Shown: positions 36,157-47,899, counted from the first letter of the stretch. The stretch is DNA of 64,000 nucleotides from Asterias rubens (GCF_902459465.1 NC_047079.1:7874001-7938000); one strand, 5' to 3'. Program-made: numbers and translations. The notes: a model not told the origin generated them from the sequence alone.

Positions 36157-38068
36157 GGGGATGACTTTGTAAGGGGGTGCCTTTGTATGGGGGTGACTTT
36201 GTAAGGGGTGACTTTGTAAGGGGGTGACTTTGTAAGTGGGGTGACTTTGTAAGGGGTGACTTTGTAAGGGGTGCCTTTGATGTTTGTAAGGGGGCGACTT
36301 TGTCAGGGGTGCCTTTGATGTTTGTAAGGGGGTGACTTTGTCAGGGGGGGGGTAACTTTGTAAGGGGGTGACTATGTCAGGGGGTGACTTTGTCAAGAGG
36401 TGACTTTGTCAGGGGGTGACTTGGTAAGGGGTGACTTTCTAAGGGGGTGACTTTGTCAGGGGATGACTTTGTAGGGGGTGACTTTGTAAGGCGTGACTTT
36501 GTGAGGGGGTGACTTTGTAAGGGGGTGACTTTGTCAGGGGGTGACTTTGTCAGGGGTTGACTTTGTCAGGGGGTGACTTTGTCAGGGGGTGACTTGGTAA
36601 GGGGTGACTTTGAAAGGGGCGACTTTCTAAGGGGGTGACTTTGTCAGGGGATGACTTTGTAGGGGGTGACTTTGTAAGGCGTGACTTTGTCAGGGGATGA
36701 CTTCGTAGGGGGTGACTGTGTAAGGGGGTGACTTTGTCAAGAGGTGACTTTGTCAGAGGGTGACTTGGTAAGGGGTGACTTTCTAAGGGGGTGACTTTGT
36801 CAGGGGATGACTTTGTAGGGGGTGACTTTGTAAGGCGTGACTTTGTGAGGGGGTGACTTTGTAAGGGGGTGACTTTGTCAGGGGGTGACTTTGTCAGGGG
36901 GTGACTTTGTCATGGGGTGACTTTGTCAGAGGGTGACTTTGTCAGGGGGTGACTTTGTCAGGGGTGACTTGGTAAGGGGTGACTTTGAAAGGGGTGACTT
37001 TCTAAGGGGGTGACTTTGTCAGGGGATGACTTTGTAGGGGGTGACTTTGTAAGGCGTGACTTTGTCGGGGGATGACTTCGTAGGGGGTGACTGTGTAAGG
37101 GGTGACTTTGTCAGGGGGGGGGTAACTTTGTAAGGGGGTGACTATTTCAGGGGGTGACTTTGTCAAGAGGTGACTTTGTCAGGGGGTGACTTGGTAAGGG
37201 GTGACTTTCTAAGGGGGTGACTTTGTCAGGGGATGACTTTGTAGGGGGTGACTTTGTAAGGCGTGACTTTGTGAGGGGGTGACTTTGTAAGGGGGTGACT
37301 TTGTCAGGGGGTGACTTTGTCAGGGGTTGACTTTGTCAGGGGGTGACTTTGTCAGAGGGTGACTTTGTCAGGGGGTGACTTTGTCAGGGGGTGACTTGGT
37401 AAGGGGTGACTTTGAAAGGGGCGACTTTCTAAGGGGGTGACTTTGTCAGGGGATGACTTGTAGGGGGTGACTTTGTAAGGCGTGACTTTGTCAGGGGATG
37501 ACTTCGTAGGGGGTGACTGTGTAAGGGGGTGACTTTGTCAAGAGGTGACTTTGTCAGAGGGTGACTTGGTAAGGGGTGACTTTCTAAGGGGGTGACTTTG
37601 TCAGGGGATGACTTTGTAGGGGGTGACTTTGTAAGGCGTGACTTTGTGAGGGGGTGACTTTGTAAGGGGGTGACTTTGTCAGGGGGTGACTTTGTCAGGG
37701 GGTGACTTTGTCATGGGGTGACTTTGTCAGAGGGTGACTTTGTCAGGGGGTGACTTTGTCAGGGGTGACTTGGTAAGGGGTGTCTTTGAAAGGGGTGACT
37801 TTCTAAGGGGGTGACTTTGTCAGGGGATGACTTTGTAGGGGGTGACTTTGTAAGGCGTGACTTTGTCGGGGGATGACTTCGTAGGGGGTGACTGTGTAAG
37901 GGGTGACTTTGTCAGGGGATGACTTCGTAGGGAAGGGGTGACTTTGAAAGGGGTGACTTTCTAAGGGGGTGACTTTGTCAGGGGATGACTTCGTAGGGGG
38001 TGACTTTGTAAGGGGTGACTTTGTCAGGGGATGAACTCGTAGGGGGTGACTTTGTAAGGGGTGACTTT
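36157..38068. repeat. G-rich minisatellite (GGGGTGACTTTGT[AC]A, 15-16 bp), about 1.9 kb, with about 770-bp higher-order period
   Basis: More than 100 monomers; the rare variant ggtaactttg recurs at 36351 and 37121. Confidence 0.95.
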
Positions 38069-39636
38069 AATCCTATAAGGATCACCTTGCCCATTTTTCA
38101 TTAACCACAAACACACATTGACTCAACCTTCAAATAAAGACAATGAACAATTAGTTAGAAAGTTTCTTGAAAAAGATTTGTTTGAACAAAATCACTGTAT
38201 AGTTATACCACTTTCCAATATAAAAATAATATGATGAACATAATTAAAATAAAAATAAAAGGTAAGCACCTTTGCTTTTTAAAGAATACACAGATTAATA
38301 AACAATGTAAAATAACGACCTTTAAACTACGGTTGCATTTCCAAATGCATTTATAATCTAATGCATTAATTAATGCAAAATAAAGTCAGATGTTTAGCAT
38401 TTATATGTTTCTTATAAATGAACACAAAAAACGCAACATAGGGAGCTGTCATTAATTTCACTGTCATACAAAAAGTATTACGGGGAGAGCGAAGGAGACC
38501 ACAACTAAAAAGTTGTGTAAAGAATGTTGATTTTTAATGTGCATTTATTTTGAATTTATTTTTGATGGAGTCTACTTTGGGGAGGGGGTGGGTTACTTTG
38601 GGGAGGGGAGGGGTGTCCTTAGAAGTAGGACTCTCTGTCTGATCAAAATATCTGAAAATTTTGGAAGCTTTGGTCTCTAAATATAAACTATATACTCTAG
38701 ATATAAAAATATACATATAACAAAACATCTGTTTTGATGCAGTTTTTCCCACAGGGTTTAATTAAAACAATTAGAACAATTTTCAACTTGTAAAACTTCA
38801 GAAGCCAAAAATGCATCAAACGAATAGTTTTACAAAAAAATCCCAAAATGATTAAATATAATGAAATTATATATGAAAATATATAAATAAATATACCCTA
38901 CTCTTAGCTCAATCATAGAGAGAGAACCACTGAAAGAGTTATAACGTCCCAGCATCAAATGAGCAATGATCACCGCCGCCAGCACCAGTTCGTTAACAGC
39001 CATGGTTGCTTCTTTGCATGCAATACTTAGTTATTCAAAGTATGCCCCACTTTCTAAACAAATTCTGAAAAGAACATTCGAACAAATGTCTCCGTTGGCC
39101 ACAGCTGGCCATCGATCAGAGATGGTTCATCATTTACTAGAAATCCTGCCGGTTTAATATAACATCTTTCTGAACGTAGGAATCCATAGGAAATTGTTTT
39201 ATGAAAGGAACATTCAATTGCATGGTTACTCATGGCTTGACAGCATCAACCATGGCCGTCCCAGCAAATCAATGACGGCAATCATTATATACATTACAAG
39301 GGCAGACAGCACATGAAAGCAGCTGGCGATGACAATGCATTTTCTAAGGGACAAGTTTAGGTTGACGGTCTGTGGGTTTTTGTTTTAACTCCTTCTGTGG
39401 TCCTTTCCCTATGGTTCATTTCACTTGATACTGCAGGTAGACATTAAAAATGCACAAGATAAAAAAATATATACTTAATATAAATTAACACATCCAACAC
39501 CACACAAACAGTTAACAATATCAAGTTGCATAAACTGGAAAAAGTTATCTAGTAAAATACTACCACATAAAGCATTGCCTCTGTGGAAAGTATAACGAGT
39601 TGTTCAGAAATCAAACTAACTTTTCTTAAACTTACG

Positions 39637-42600
39637 TTAGTTCTGACTGTCTCTTTTGCTTTTCTTTTGACGCCTTCTTTTCATAGATGCTTCACCTTTT
39701 CCCTGATAATTTTTCTGTCCCTTAAGATTTTCAGCAAAAGAAGTTGTTCCTGTTGCTTTGCTGTGGTCTGCTCCAACATGAGCAGTTTGATTGGCAGATT
39801 GGAAGTCGTGTGACAGTGTTGAAACCATCTGATTGGATGGGGTAGCTGTTGACTGTAATGACCATCCAATTAAATCGTGATTGGTTTTAGGATGGTGGTA
39901 AGGTTGTTTTGGACCATTCTGATTGGCTGAGGTAAACTGCTGTGACTCTGTTGATGGCGCAAAGCCAGCTGCTAAACCAGGATTGGTTGAAGGTCGGTGG
40001 TGTGATCGTTTTGGACCATTCTGATTGGCTAATGTAAAGTGCCGTGACTCTGTTGATAGCGCAAAGCCAGCTGCTAAACCAGGATTGGTTGAAGGTCGTT
40101 GGTGTGATCGTTTTGGACCATTCTGATTGGCTGATGTAAAGTGACACGACTCTGTTGATGGCGCACAGCCAGCTGCTAAACCAGGATTGGCTGAAGGTCG
40201 GTGGTGTGATTGTTTTGGACCATTCTGATTGGCTGAGGTACAGTAGCGTGACTCTGTTGGTGAATGATTAGAAAGGGCAAATTGTTTCGAACGACAACGT
40301 TTTGAGCCGGAGGATGAGCTGTAATTGGTTGACTGTGAATGATGCGACTGACTTGAGAACATCTGGTTGGATAAAGCTGAGTGGTGCATTTTTGATGACG
40401 AGGAACTGTGAGATGATGTAGAACAGAATGCTCTCGCTGAGGAATTTTGGTTGGCTGATGCAATGATGAACGTCTCGGATGAATCTTTCTGATTGGATGA
40501 CTTAAAACGAGACAGTGTGCTTGATGCCATCTGATTGGTCAACAAAGTTATATCCTCAGTATTTGATTGGCTGTCTGATGCAGACACTGGCAGTTCCTTT
40601 TGACACTCCTCTGTAAAAGAAATGAAATTACTTATTTTTATTAAGTAATTAAATATACTTTTTCTATAACAGTGTCTAGAGAGATCAATATTTTCCCAAG
40701 TAGCTAACCGAACACGATTTCACAGAACTGCTTAGCACTATGGTAAGCAGAAACAGATTGCCATTGCTATTACCATACTTCCACTCAAAATGCTATATCA
40801 TGGGTGAGGTTATGCTAGCTAACTAGCGGTTGACTGAGTAAATAAACTAGTTAGACAACCTGTTCTGCAGATTAGCTCTATGAGTCCTTTAGGTTTGAAG
40901 GGATATGATATTTGCCTTAATTTTCAGAATATGAAAGACTGGGGCTTTGAGAAGTGTGGAAAATAAGAAGGAACTATATTTAGTAAACTTGAGGGTACAA
41001 AAGTGTGTGAATCGTTTCAGAGAGTTGTAATGGCTGTGAGAAGAACCAGTGTGGTCTTGACATAAACAGTATACGCTGCTCGTCTTTAGGAGAAAGAAGA
41101 CAAGCAGAGTATGCTTATGGAAACGTCAAGTTCACATCAGCTCCGAGTCTTTTCAGAGCCAACAATCCTCCCAAACAGAGATTGTACACATGGTTGTGTG
41201 CTCAAGTGTACAAGTTGAAAACAACAAAAACAACAAGCAAATTACTCGGGTGGGATTCGAACCCACGACCCTTGCAATTCTATAGCAGTGTCTTACCAAC
41301 TAGACCACCGAACTGCCTCTAGCTCCTGGGCAATCTCGGTGGTCTAGTTGGTAAGACACTGTTCTAGTACCTTACTGTTAGGAAGTTTGAATGTTTTGTT
41401 GACAAACCTTTTATTTCTGTGACTTCTTCAAACAGCCATTCCTTACTGGTATCTTGGAATGGATTGACACCAGGTAGACCCTTTTGAAGTGTGGTTGTTG
41501 GGCGATAGGTTTGGACCATGGTGAAACTGTCTAGTAACTCTTCATTCTCATCAAGACATTGGTACTCAGGCTCGGATGTAATCTCCCAGTCTGCGTCGCT
41601 GTCAGTGTCTTCAAGCGGTGTGATTGGTTGATCAGCGTCGTAGTTGGTTGCATTGAGTGCTGTGATTGGTTGAAAGGCGATGAGTGAAACAATTGTTGTT
41701 TAAAAGGCTTTAGGTACTTTTTGTAGGACAGAAAACATTAAACTACACAGTTTGAAGGTAACCTAGAAGGTAATGATGGTAGAAAGCTCCCTTTAAAATG
41801 AGATTTGCTGAAGTGCTGTAGTTTTTGAGAAATGAGTAATAATCAAGTCACACAAAAATTTGTTTACAGTTAAACACTCACCATTCTGTATTTCACCACT
41901 ATCACCATATTGACCTTCAACCTCAACGCCATGTAGTCTTCCAACATCCTGGCTGTTATCCATCATTGCCTTGTGAGATTCCCAGTCAGTTTTAGAGTCC
42001 CATATGTCAGAAAGATTTATCTGCAACAAATTCGCTGGAACCTTCCACTGGTTGTCTGGGGGGTCGATCAAAGAGCAGATACAGGGGGGCAATACGTTGG
42101 CCACTCGCAGCATAAAATGGCGCCCTCTTGCATCAGTCAGGTGGTAATATTTTGCGTGGGGCATGTTAGACTTGATCCGTACCTTGTACTTGTTGGAAAC
42201 AGGGGAGAAAAAACACTAAATGTCAATTTGTGCACTGAATCTTGCTTATTCCTGCTGATCCTTTGTATACCAATTTCATATCTGATTACTGTCTACAAAA
42301 CTAGACCAGGAGTATAAGTGCAAATAATAACTATGGTAAGCATGTAAACACTGCTTCGCCTAAAATGTGCATTACACTTAAACACAAAGGATCATTGACT
42401 CTCAAACACTTTCAAGCCAATGTAGGCTGCTAAGCACTTCACTTCCAAAAATACACATACTGATGTAGAACAAAGAGAATACATTGAATTACCAAACAAA
42501 GGTTAATAAATAGGTTTTGGGGTCTCTTAATATGAATTATATAGTCGGCAAAGCGTCCCAATGGAAACATCACACCAACTTGTTTTGTAGAGAAGTCAAT

Positions 42601-45600
42601 GAAGAAATACCAGTTTTAGACAAGGGAGGAAAACCCCTACAGAAAAAATCCACAGAGTAAAAAATACAATCCACCTGCAAGGGTTTGGTCTGATTAGGTG
42701 GGATTTGAACGAGGGTCCACAGAGGTGAAAGGCAGGGACAGAAACCACCGAGCCATCCTGACTGCCTAAGAATGATTTGATAATCTAGTAAGGTTTGTGG
42801 TGACGCCTTGCACATAAACACTCACTCTCTCCTCAAGATATATATTGTGGCTCTGAAAAGAACCTGTTGTTAAACAACTCAATGTTTTATGATTCTCTGG
42901 TCTGTTTCTTACCTCTCTAGAACCATCTTGTTCCAGATTCATTTCATCAAGCCTGTAAGTAATTCTTCTTGCTGCACCAGTTTTAATGTCCATGTCTCGT
43001 AGCTCCTGCTGGAAATGATGCAGTGACCCGCATGATGTGAAGAGATCAATCAGACGGGACCAGTTGTAGCCATGCTTCAAAAGATGTTTGACTGTAAGCT
43101 TGCGTTGAAGACCGACAACAGAGGCTGGTAAATTCTCTGAAAAGTAAAATGTTACAAGCAGTATTTATCATGGGTGTTGGCGTCATGTGAATTGGTTTAA
43201 TAGTAACTGAGCACATATCTGTCAATATTAAAGACACCCAAGGCGCACAAAGACAAAATGATTGGTTACAATTAAAAGAAAACTTGACACGGATTTTTAA
43301 CGAATGTTTGAACAAATTTGTCTTTAAACTGGACTTGAAGCACTGAAGTGATGTAAATGTGCAAAGATCTCTTGGGAGAGTGTTCCAAACTTGTGGAGCA
43401 GCCACGCAGAATTAACCTGTATCAATCTAATCTTTTTTTCTTTTTTTTTGTGGAAGCTCAGATAGCTAGGTTGGAGCTTGTATCATCATACTCTGTCTCC
43501 CACCACTCTCTGTCAATGATCCACACTCACCTTCAAGATCAACTTTATCTTCTCTGTAGTATTTTTCTCCCTCGTAGAACTCAATCCTGAAACATTGACA
43601 AATATTTCTATGAAAAAACATATAAAGTCAGGCCTCAAAATAACCCACAGCAATTGCAGTGATGCCCAATGCTTTTGCTGTGGTGCCCTTTGCAAAGTTC
43701 CAATACAAACTTAAATTGTCCTCATTGAAGAGCCCCTTACCAGAGGAAAATTGCTGCGCCCCTTCAAGATGAAATTCAAGGCCTGTAACGTAATACACCA
43801 TGAGAGACACTGCCCAGTACACTTTAATACATTTTTGATTGAATAAAGACAACTTGACTAGAGTAGGACTTGAACGTACCTGTGTTCAAAGGATTACTGT
43901 GCCAGTGCTCTATCAATTGAGCCATACAACCCTAAAGTTGGCAGTTCAAATCATGCTCTTCTAAATTTTTTCTTTTTTCAACCAAATTTTTTATAAATGA
44001 CCATTTAACTCCGCTCTTACTGATTTTAAAGGGTTGATTTGAACTGAAATCAAGGTGAGGAAGCATTTACCACTCATTTGTGTTGTAGATGGGTGTCCGA
44101 TACAGCAACCAATGAAGGCTGCACTGCGTATATAACTTCACAACGAGGGAGCCCCGGCTTCTGGAGTCCAGCAAATCTAAAGATTAAACCCAATTACCAC
44201 GAGGACTTTGACAAAATGTTTTAAAAACAACAACCTCTTCAGAATATTGTGAAATCAAAAGTGTCCTGAAATGGGAGAAGCTGGGACACAGCTTTGCCAT
44301 AAGACCAGACCATTAAGTTATGCCTCTAGAACACAGATCTATCACCAGCAACAATTGTCTGCTTACCCAATACAATCTAATGTAAGAACCACAAGGGAAA
44401 CATCTTGAAGTGATCCCTCTCCTACCATTTCTCAAGTTGTATCAGAAACTTGCAAGCCTCGACATAAACCACAAGACCAACAGCAATTGCCATTGCCCCA
44501 GGTGCTTTTGCTGCGATGACCTCTGCAAGGTTCTAATAGAAACTTACATTTGCCCCAAAGAAGTGCCCCTTACCAGAGAAGTGCCCCTTACCAGAGGAAA
44601 AATGCTGTCCCCTTCAAGAGCGAAGTTCAAAGCCTGAACTTGTTTGTGATCCCTGCTAGTCAAAGGTCCAGCCTTAGTTCCATTCATTGACCAGAAAGGC
44701 TCAAGTCTAAAAGACGTGATTCAAGTCTGGGCAAAGATTTAATACAAATACTGCTTCAGAGCAAAATAGTATGAATAATTGGTAACCTTGATATACATAC
44801 CTTGATTAGTAAATTGTGCAGGGAACCAGTCATTAAGCAGAGAACCTAGTCCAAAAGAACGTGACTGTAAAAGCAACGGGTGTTTAGCATCTTTGTACTA
44901 AAACACAACAGGATGCAAAAAGAGCAAATTATCAAGTTTTATTTCATACAAAATTTACTATTCTTGAAGAAGTCAGATAGTGAAAAGGCATGAACTAGGA
45001 GTACAGCATTGCAGTTAATGCACAGAATAGATAAGATAGTACGACACTTGCAGCCGATTTCACAAAACGCTAGGATTAATCCTATCTCGAGTTAAGACAA
45101 GTAACCCGTCCTAACTTAGAATGGGTTCAATGCGTCCTACGCCGTTGGATACGGAATTTATCATCTCCTAAGTCCTAAGATTAATCCTAATAAGTTAGGA
45201 AGTGTTTGGTGAAATCGACGGCTGGTCTCAAACTCCAGTCACATTTCTTAGGCCTCTGGGATCAGACTTTGACTTGAGGATAAGGAAATCAGGATTAAGG
45301 ATTAATAAGTGGCAGAGAAATCTGGGATAGGGTTACCTGCTTAAGGATGGGTAAGGGATCAGCATAATGAATGTTATGTGTCTCCAGGGTGGTTCTTGGG
45401 TCTATGTCATAGCTTTCCAACATTCGGAAAAAAAAGAGAAATTGAAACGTCTCTCCGCCTTGAGCAAACAAAACTATATTTTGGGGTTAGGGGAAAAAGA
45501 TGAGAAACAAAAAGAAAGATTAAAATGTTTCTGCTCTGAAGAATGAAACTGTGGGTTAGAAGTTAAAAAACGGTACATTAGAAATAAACAATAATATCAA

Positions 45601-47325
45601 ACCAAAGTTACTGAGGAAAAGTAATGCCACAGCAGTTGTGAAGTCAGTTTCATGCAAGGTGAAAAAGCATCTTCCAGTAAAATGAAAATAAATTCAAGCA
45701 ATTAAACAAGAGCTGTTCATGCACAAAATCAGCAGAACATATGGTCCACCATTTTGTGGGGTCAACAATTTGGTTCCACAAAAAATGTGAATCATGTTCT
45801 GTCATAAATAGCACACTAACCTTAATACCATTTCAATGGATATTTAGACCTGTGTGAATCATTATACTACACTTTTAAAGCATCTTTCCAACCATGTGAA
45901 TTTCATAGACAACGCTTTTTATAGCCCCAAGCACTCAACCTGAAGGCAACCTGCTGCCCCTTTAGAGCAATGTACAAGTGTGGTTTGAACAGGTGCGAGA
46001 CTTGCACAACCTATAGGGCACCCTCACTTGGTGGTTAAACAGTGTAGCTCATTTTGCCAATCCTCTTTATACAGCGTGCACAGTTTTTCTTTATGTCATC
46101 AGTGTTTTTCTTTTAAGATAGAGGATGGCGTGAATACGTGTTGTAGATTTGAAGACCTGTAGCCGATTTCACAAAACCCTAGGATTAATCCTATCTTGAG
46201 TTAGGACGAGTAACTCGTTAGTAAGGACGAGTAATCCGTCTTAACTAAGGATGGATTCAATGCATCCTAATGTCTACGGTTATGGAACTGAACTGGTCCT
46301 TAATCCTCGGATTAATCCTAAGTTAGGATGAGTTTGATGAAATAGACGGCAGTTTTGTCAGTTTCTGGTCTTGGTCTCTGACTATTGGGTCTTGACTACA
46401 ACACTGGTGAATACATAGGTACTCAGCTTTAGCATCCTTAATTCGAGACACAGGTTGTTTCCTAAAAGAAAAATACCAAAATGTCTTTATTTCTGTTACA
46501 TACCTGGATAAAGATTCAATGCAAGCTCAGAGTTTGCTGTTTCTGTCGTGTCATTGATCCATTTCAGTAAGTTAGAAATGACAGTTTCTGCTGTGGAATT
46601 TATTCCACTTTTGCCAAATCTTGGAGCCATGCTTTGCTGTGTGGATTCTTTCTCTAGAAAAAGTAATTAAAAAAAAGAGAGATAATATTATATAAAAATA
46701 CAGAGTCAGGACTACAGCAAAAATACATCCCACAACAGGCAATTTCCCACTGAAAATGTACCAGCAAATTGACATTCTATCAGAGTTAAAGGCTACTTTC
46801 TCCTAGAACTATAAGGTTCAATGCACTATCATCTCCACATGGATAAGATAGTGAATCAAACCTCATAGTCCTAGGAGGAAGGCTACCTATACTTTGATTT
46901 TATACTGTCCCAATAAATGGAGAGGCCTTAGACTTTGCTCTTGAAGGGGTACAGCAATTTCCCTCTGGTAATGCACACTTCTATTAGGAAAGTGTAAATT
47001 TGTAATGGAACTTTGTAAAGGGCATCACTTTCAGCAATAAGCGGATAATCTTCCGGACGTCGCCATGGCACCCCGTGATTGCTGATGGGTGCAATGGGTT
47101 AAACTCATAGTAGTTAGTATGCAACATTACCAACTTACTGCAGTTGTGATGGATTCTACTATAGAACATCGGGGCATCTTCTTTGTAGGGCCAGCAATGC
47201 ACAGCGATGTCCATTACTTTATGTCTCATGAAATTGGTTCCAGACGTCTTACAGGAGAAGAAGAAGAACAGCGGCATTGTCTTGTCATCATTTCTTGCCT
47301 CACAATCTTCTTGTTTGGAATCCAT
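39637..47325 (-). CDS. Uncharacterised protein, about 833 aa: inactive DEDDh exonuclease-like domain + Exuperantia-like helical (SAM-like) domain + unknown domain + disordered repeat tail
   Basis: Exons (minus strand): 47325-47139, 46653-46504, 45458-45337, 44897-44801, 44176-44071, 43586-43531, 43136-42913, 42852-42826, 42188-41882, 41659-41408, 40610-39637. All GT-AG, phases chain into a 2502-nt ORF. The domain call comes from motif resemblance by eye (FFSCKTSG, NLLKWIND, GGETFQFLFFFRML, ADPLPILK, SFGLGSLL, KHGYNWSRLIDLF). The gene model is more secure than the domain call. Confidence 0.8.
39895..40262 (-). repeat. Coding tandem repeat, 102 bp (34 aa) x about 3.5
   Basis: ggaccattctgattggct at 39911, 40013, 40115 and 40217; encodes TSANQNGPKRSHHRPSTNPGLAAGFAPSTESRHF-like units. 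Confidence 0.9.
41240..41361. mobile_element. tRNA-derived SINE head (minus strand) plus an inverted partial head
   Basis: Minus strand GGTGGTCTAGTTGGTAAG...GGTTCGAATCCC; perfect 26-bp inverted arms at 41286-41311 and 41336-41361. Confidence 0.8.
42600..42765 (-). mobile_element. tRNA-derived SINE
   Basis: Minus strand GGATGGCTCGGTGG (A box) and CGTTCAAATCCC (B box); body similar to the unit of the 26543-27438 array. Confidence 0.7.
43200..43410 (-). mobile_element. 3' end of an L2/CR1-clade LINE
   Basis: Translates as AAPQVWNTLPRDL..FTSLQCFKSSLKTNLF, typical of the ORF2 C-terminus, followed by a short 3' tail. Confidence 0.75.
43625..43785 (-). repeat. Interspersed repeat copy (unclassified family)
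   Basis: caggccttgaatttcatcttgaaggggcgcagcaattttcctctggtaagggg...; diverged copies at about 44470-44638 (-), 46925-47035 (+) and 33020-33170 (+). Confidence 0.7.
45051..45224. mobile_element. MITE
   Basis: CAGCCGATTTCACAAAAC ... GTGAAATCGACGGCTG with internal GGATTAATCC palindromes; a second copy lies at 46160-46352. Confidence 0.8.
46160..46352. mobile_element. MITE, same family as 45051-45224
   Basis: tagccgatttcacaaaaccctaggattaatcctatc ... ggattaatcctaagttaggatgagtttgatgaaatagacggcag. Confidence 0.8.
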
Positions 47326-47899
47326 CTTGAGCTTCTAGGGAATTATTGTAAGTTATTTTACTCATAAAATAAAAAAGTTTTGAAATCCCTCTAAAAAAGT
47401 CTTAGCGAAGCCTACAAAAAACAAAGCTAAGTAATTATAAAGCCAGGGTAGTTGAATTCCAAAGACGGGAGGAGGGTTCTGCTTAATATCACAACTTAAT
47501 AGTAAATAAAGGGCAATGCATTTATAAACATATTATAATTATAGGTCAGGATAGGTCACCCCCTTTAACTTAACCCTACCAGAGTACCATGCAAAAGTTT
47601 GCAGTTCTATATTGGTACAGTGAATGATATATAGAACTAAACATGCTTAATAAATCAAAACGAAACCAGCTGGTATCGTAGGCCTACTAAAACTACTGCT
47701 ACTGTAGTAGAGTAGTAGTACAACTTAACAAGCAATGATGATGCATTGAATTGATGATTGTTTTTAGTGAAATTAGTCTATTTGTATTTATTTATATTTA
47801 GAAAGACCTGAGATTGTGAGAAAGACGCTACATCTCGTGTAGCATTTTGCTATGCTTAACATAATAACAAGGGGAAATTATTCACTGCAAACAAAAAGC

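Noticed and set aside
36145-36396. 83-aa Pro/Gln/Ser-rich ORF
   Set aside because: Translation of the G-rich minisatellite.
41240-41335. tRNA-like A and B boxes (also 14794-14900, 27330-27438, 42600-42765, 52975-53130)
   Set aside because: No cloverleaf or acceptor stem; they continue into shared SINE bodies.
43628-43852. 74-aa ORF with apparent splice sites inside gene 3
   Set aside because: It overlaps an interspersed repeat found at four places in the window and does not fit the phase chain.
46410-46503. Possible 42-nt intron and small exon after 46504 in gene 3
   Set aside because: The intron would be implausibly short; exon 46504 joins the acceptor at 45458 in the correct phase and restores the Exo II-like motif.
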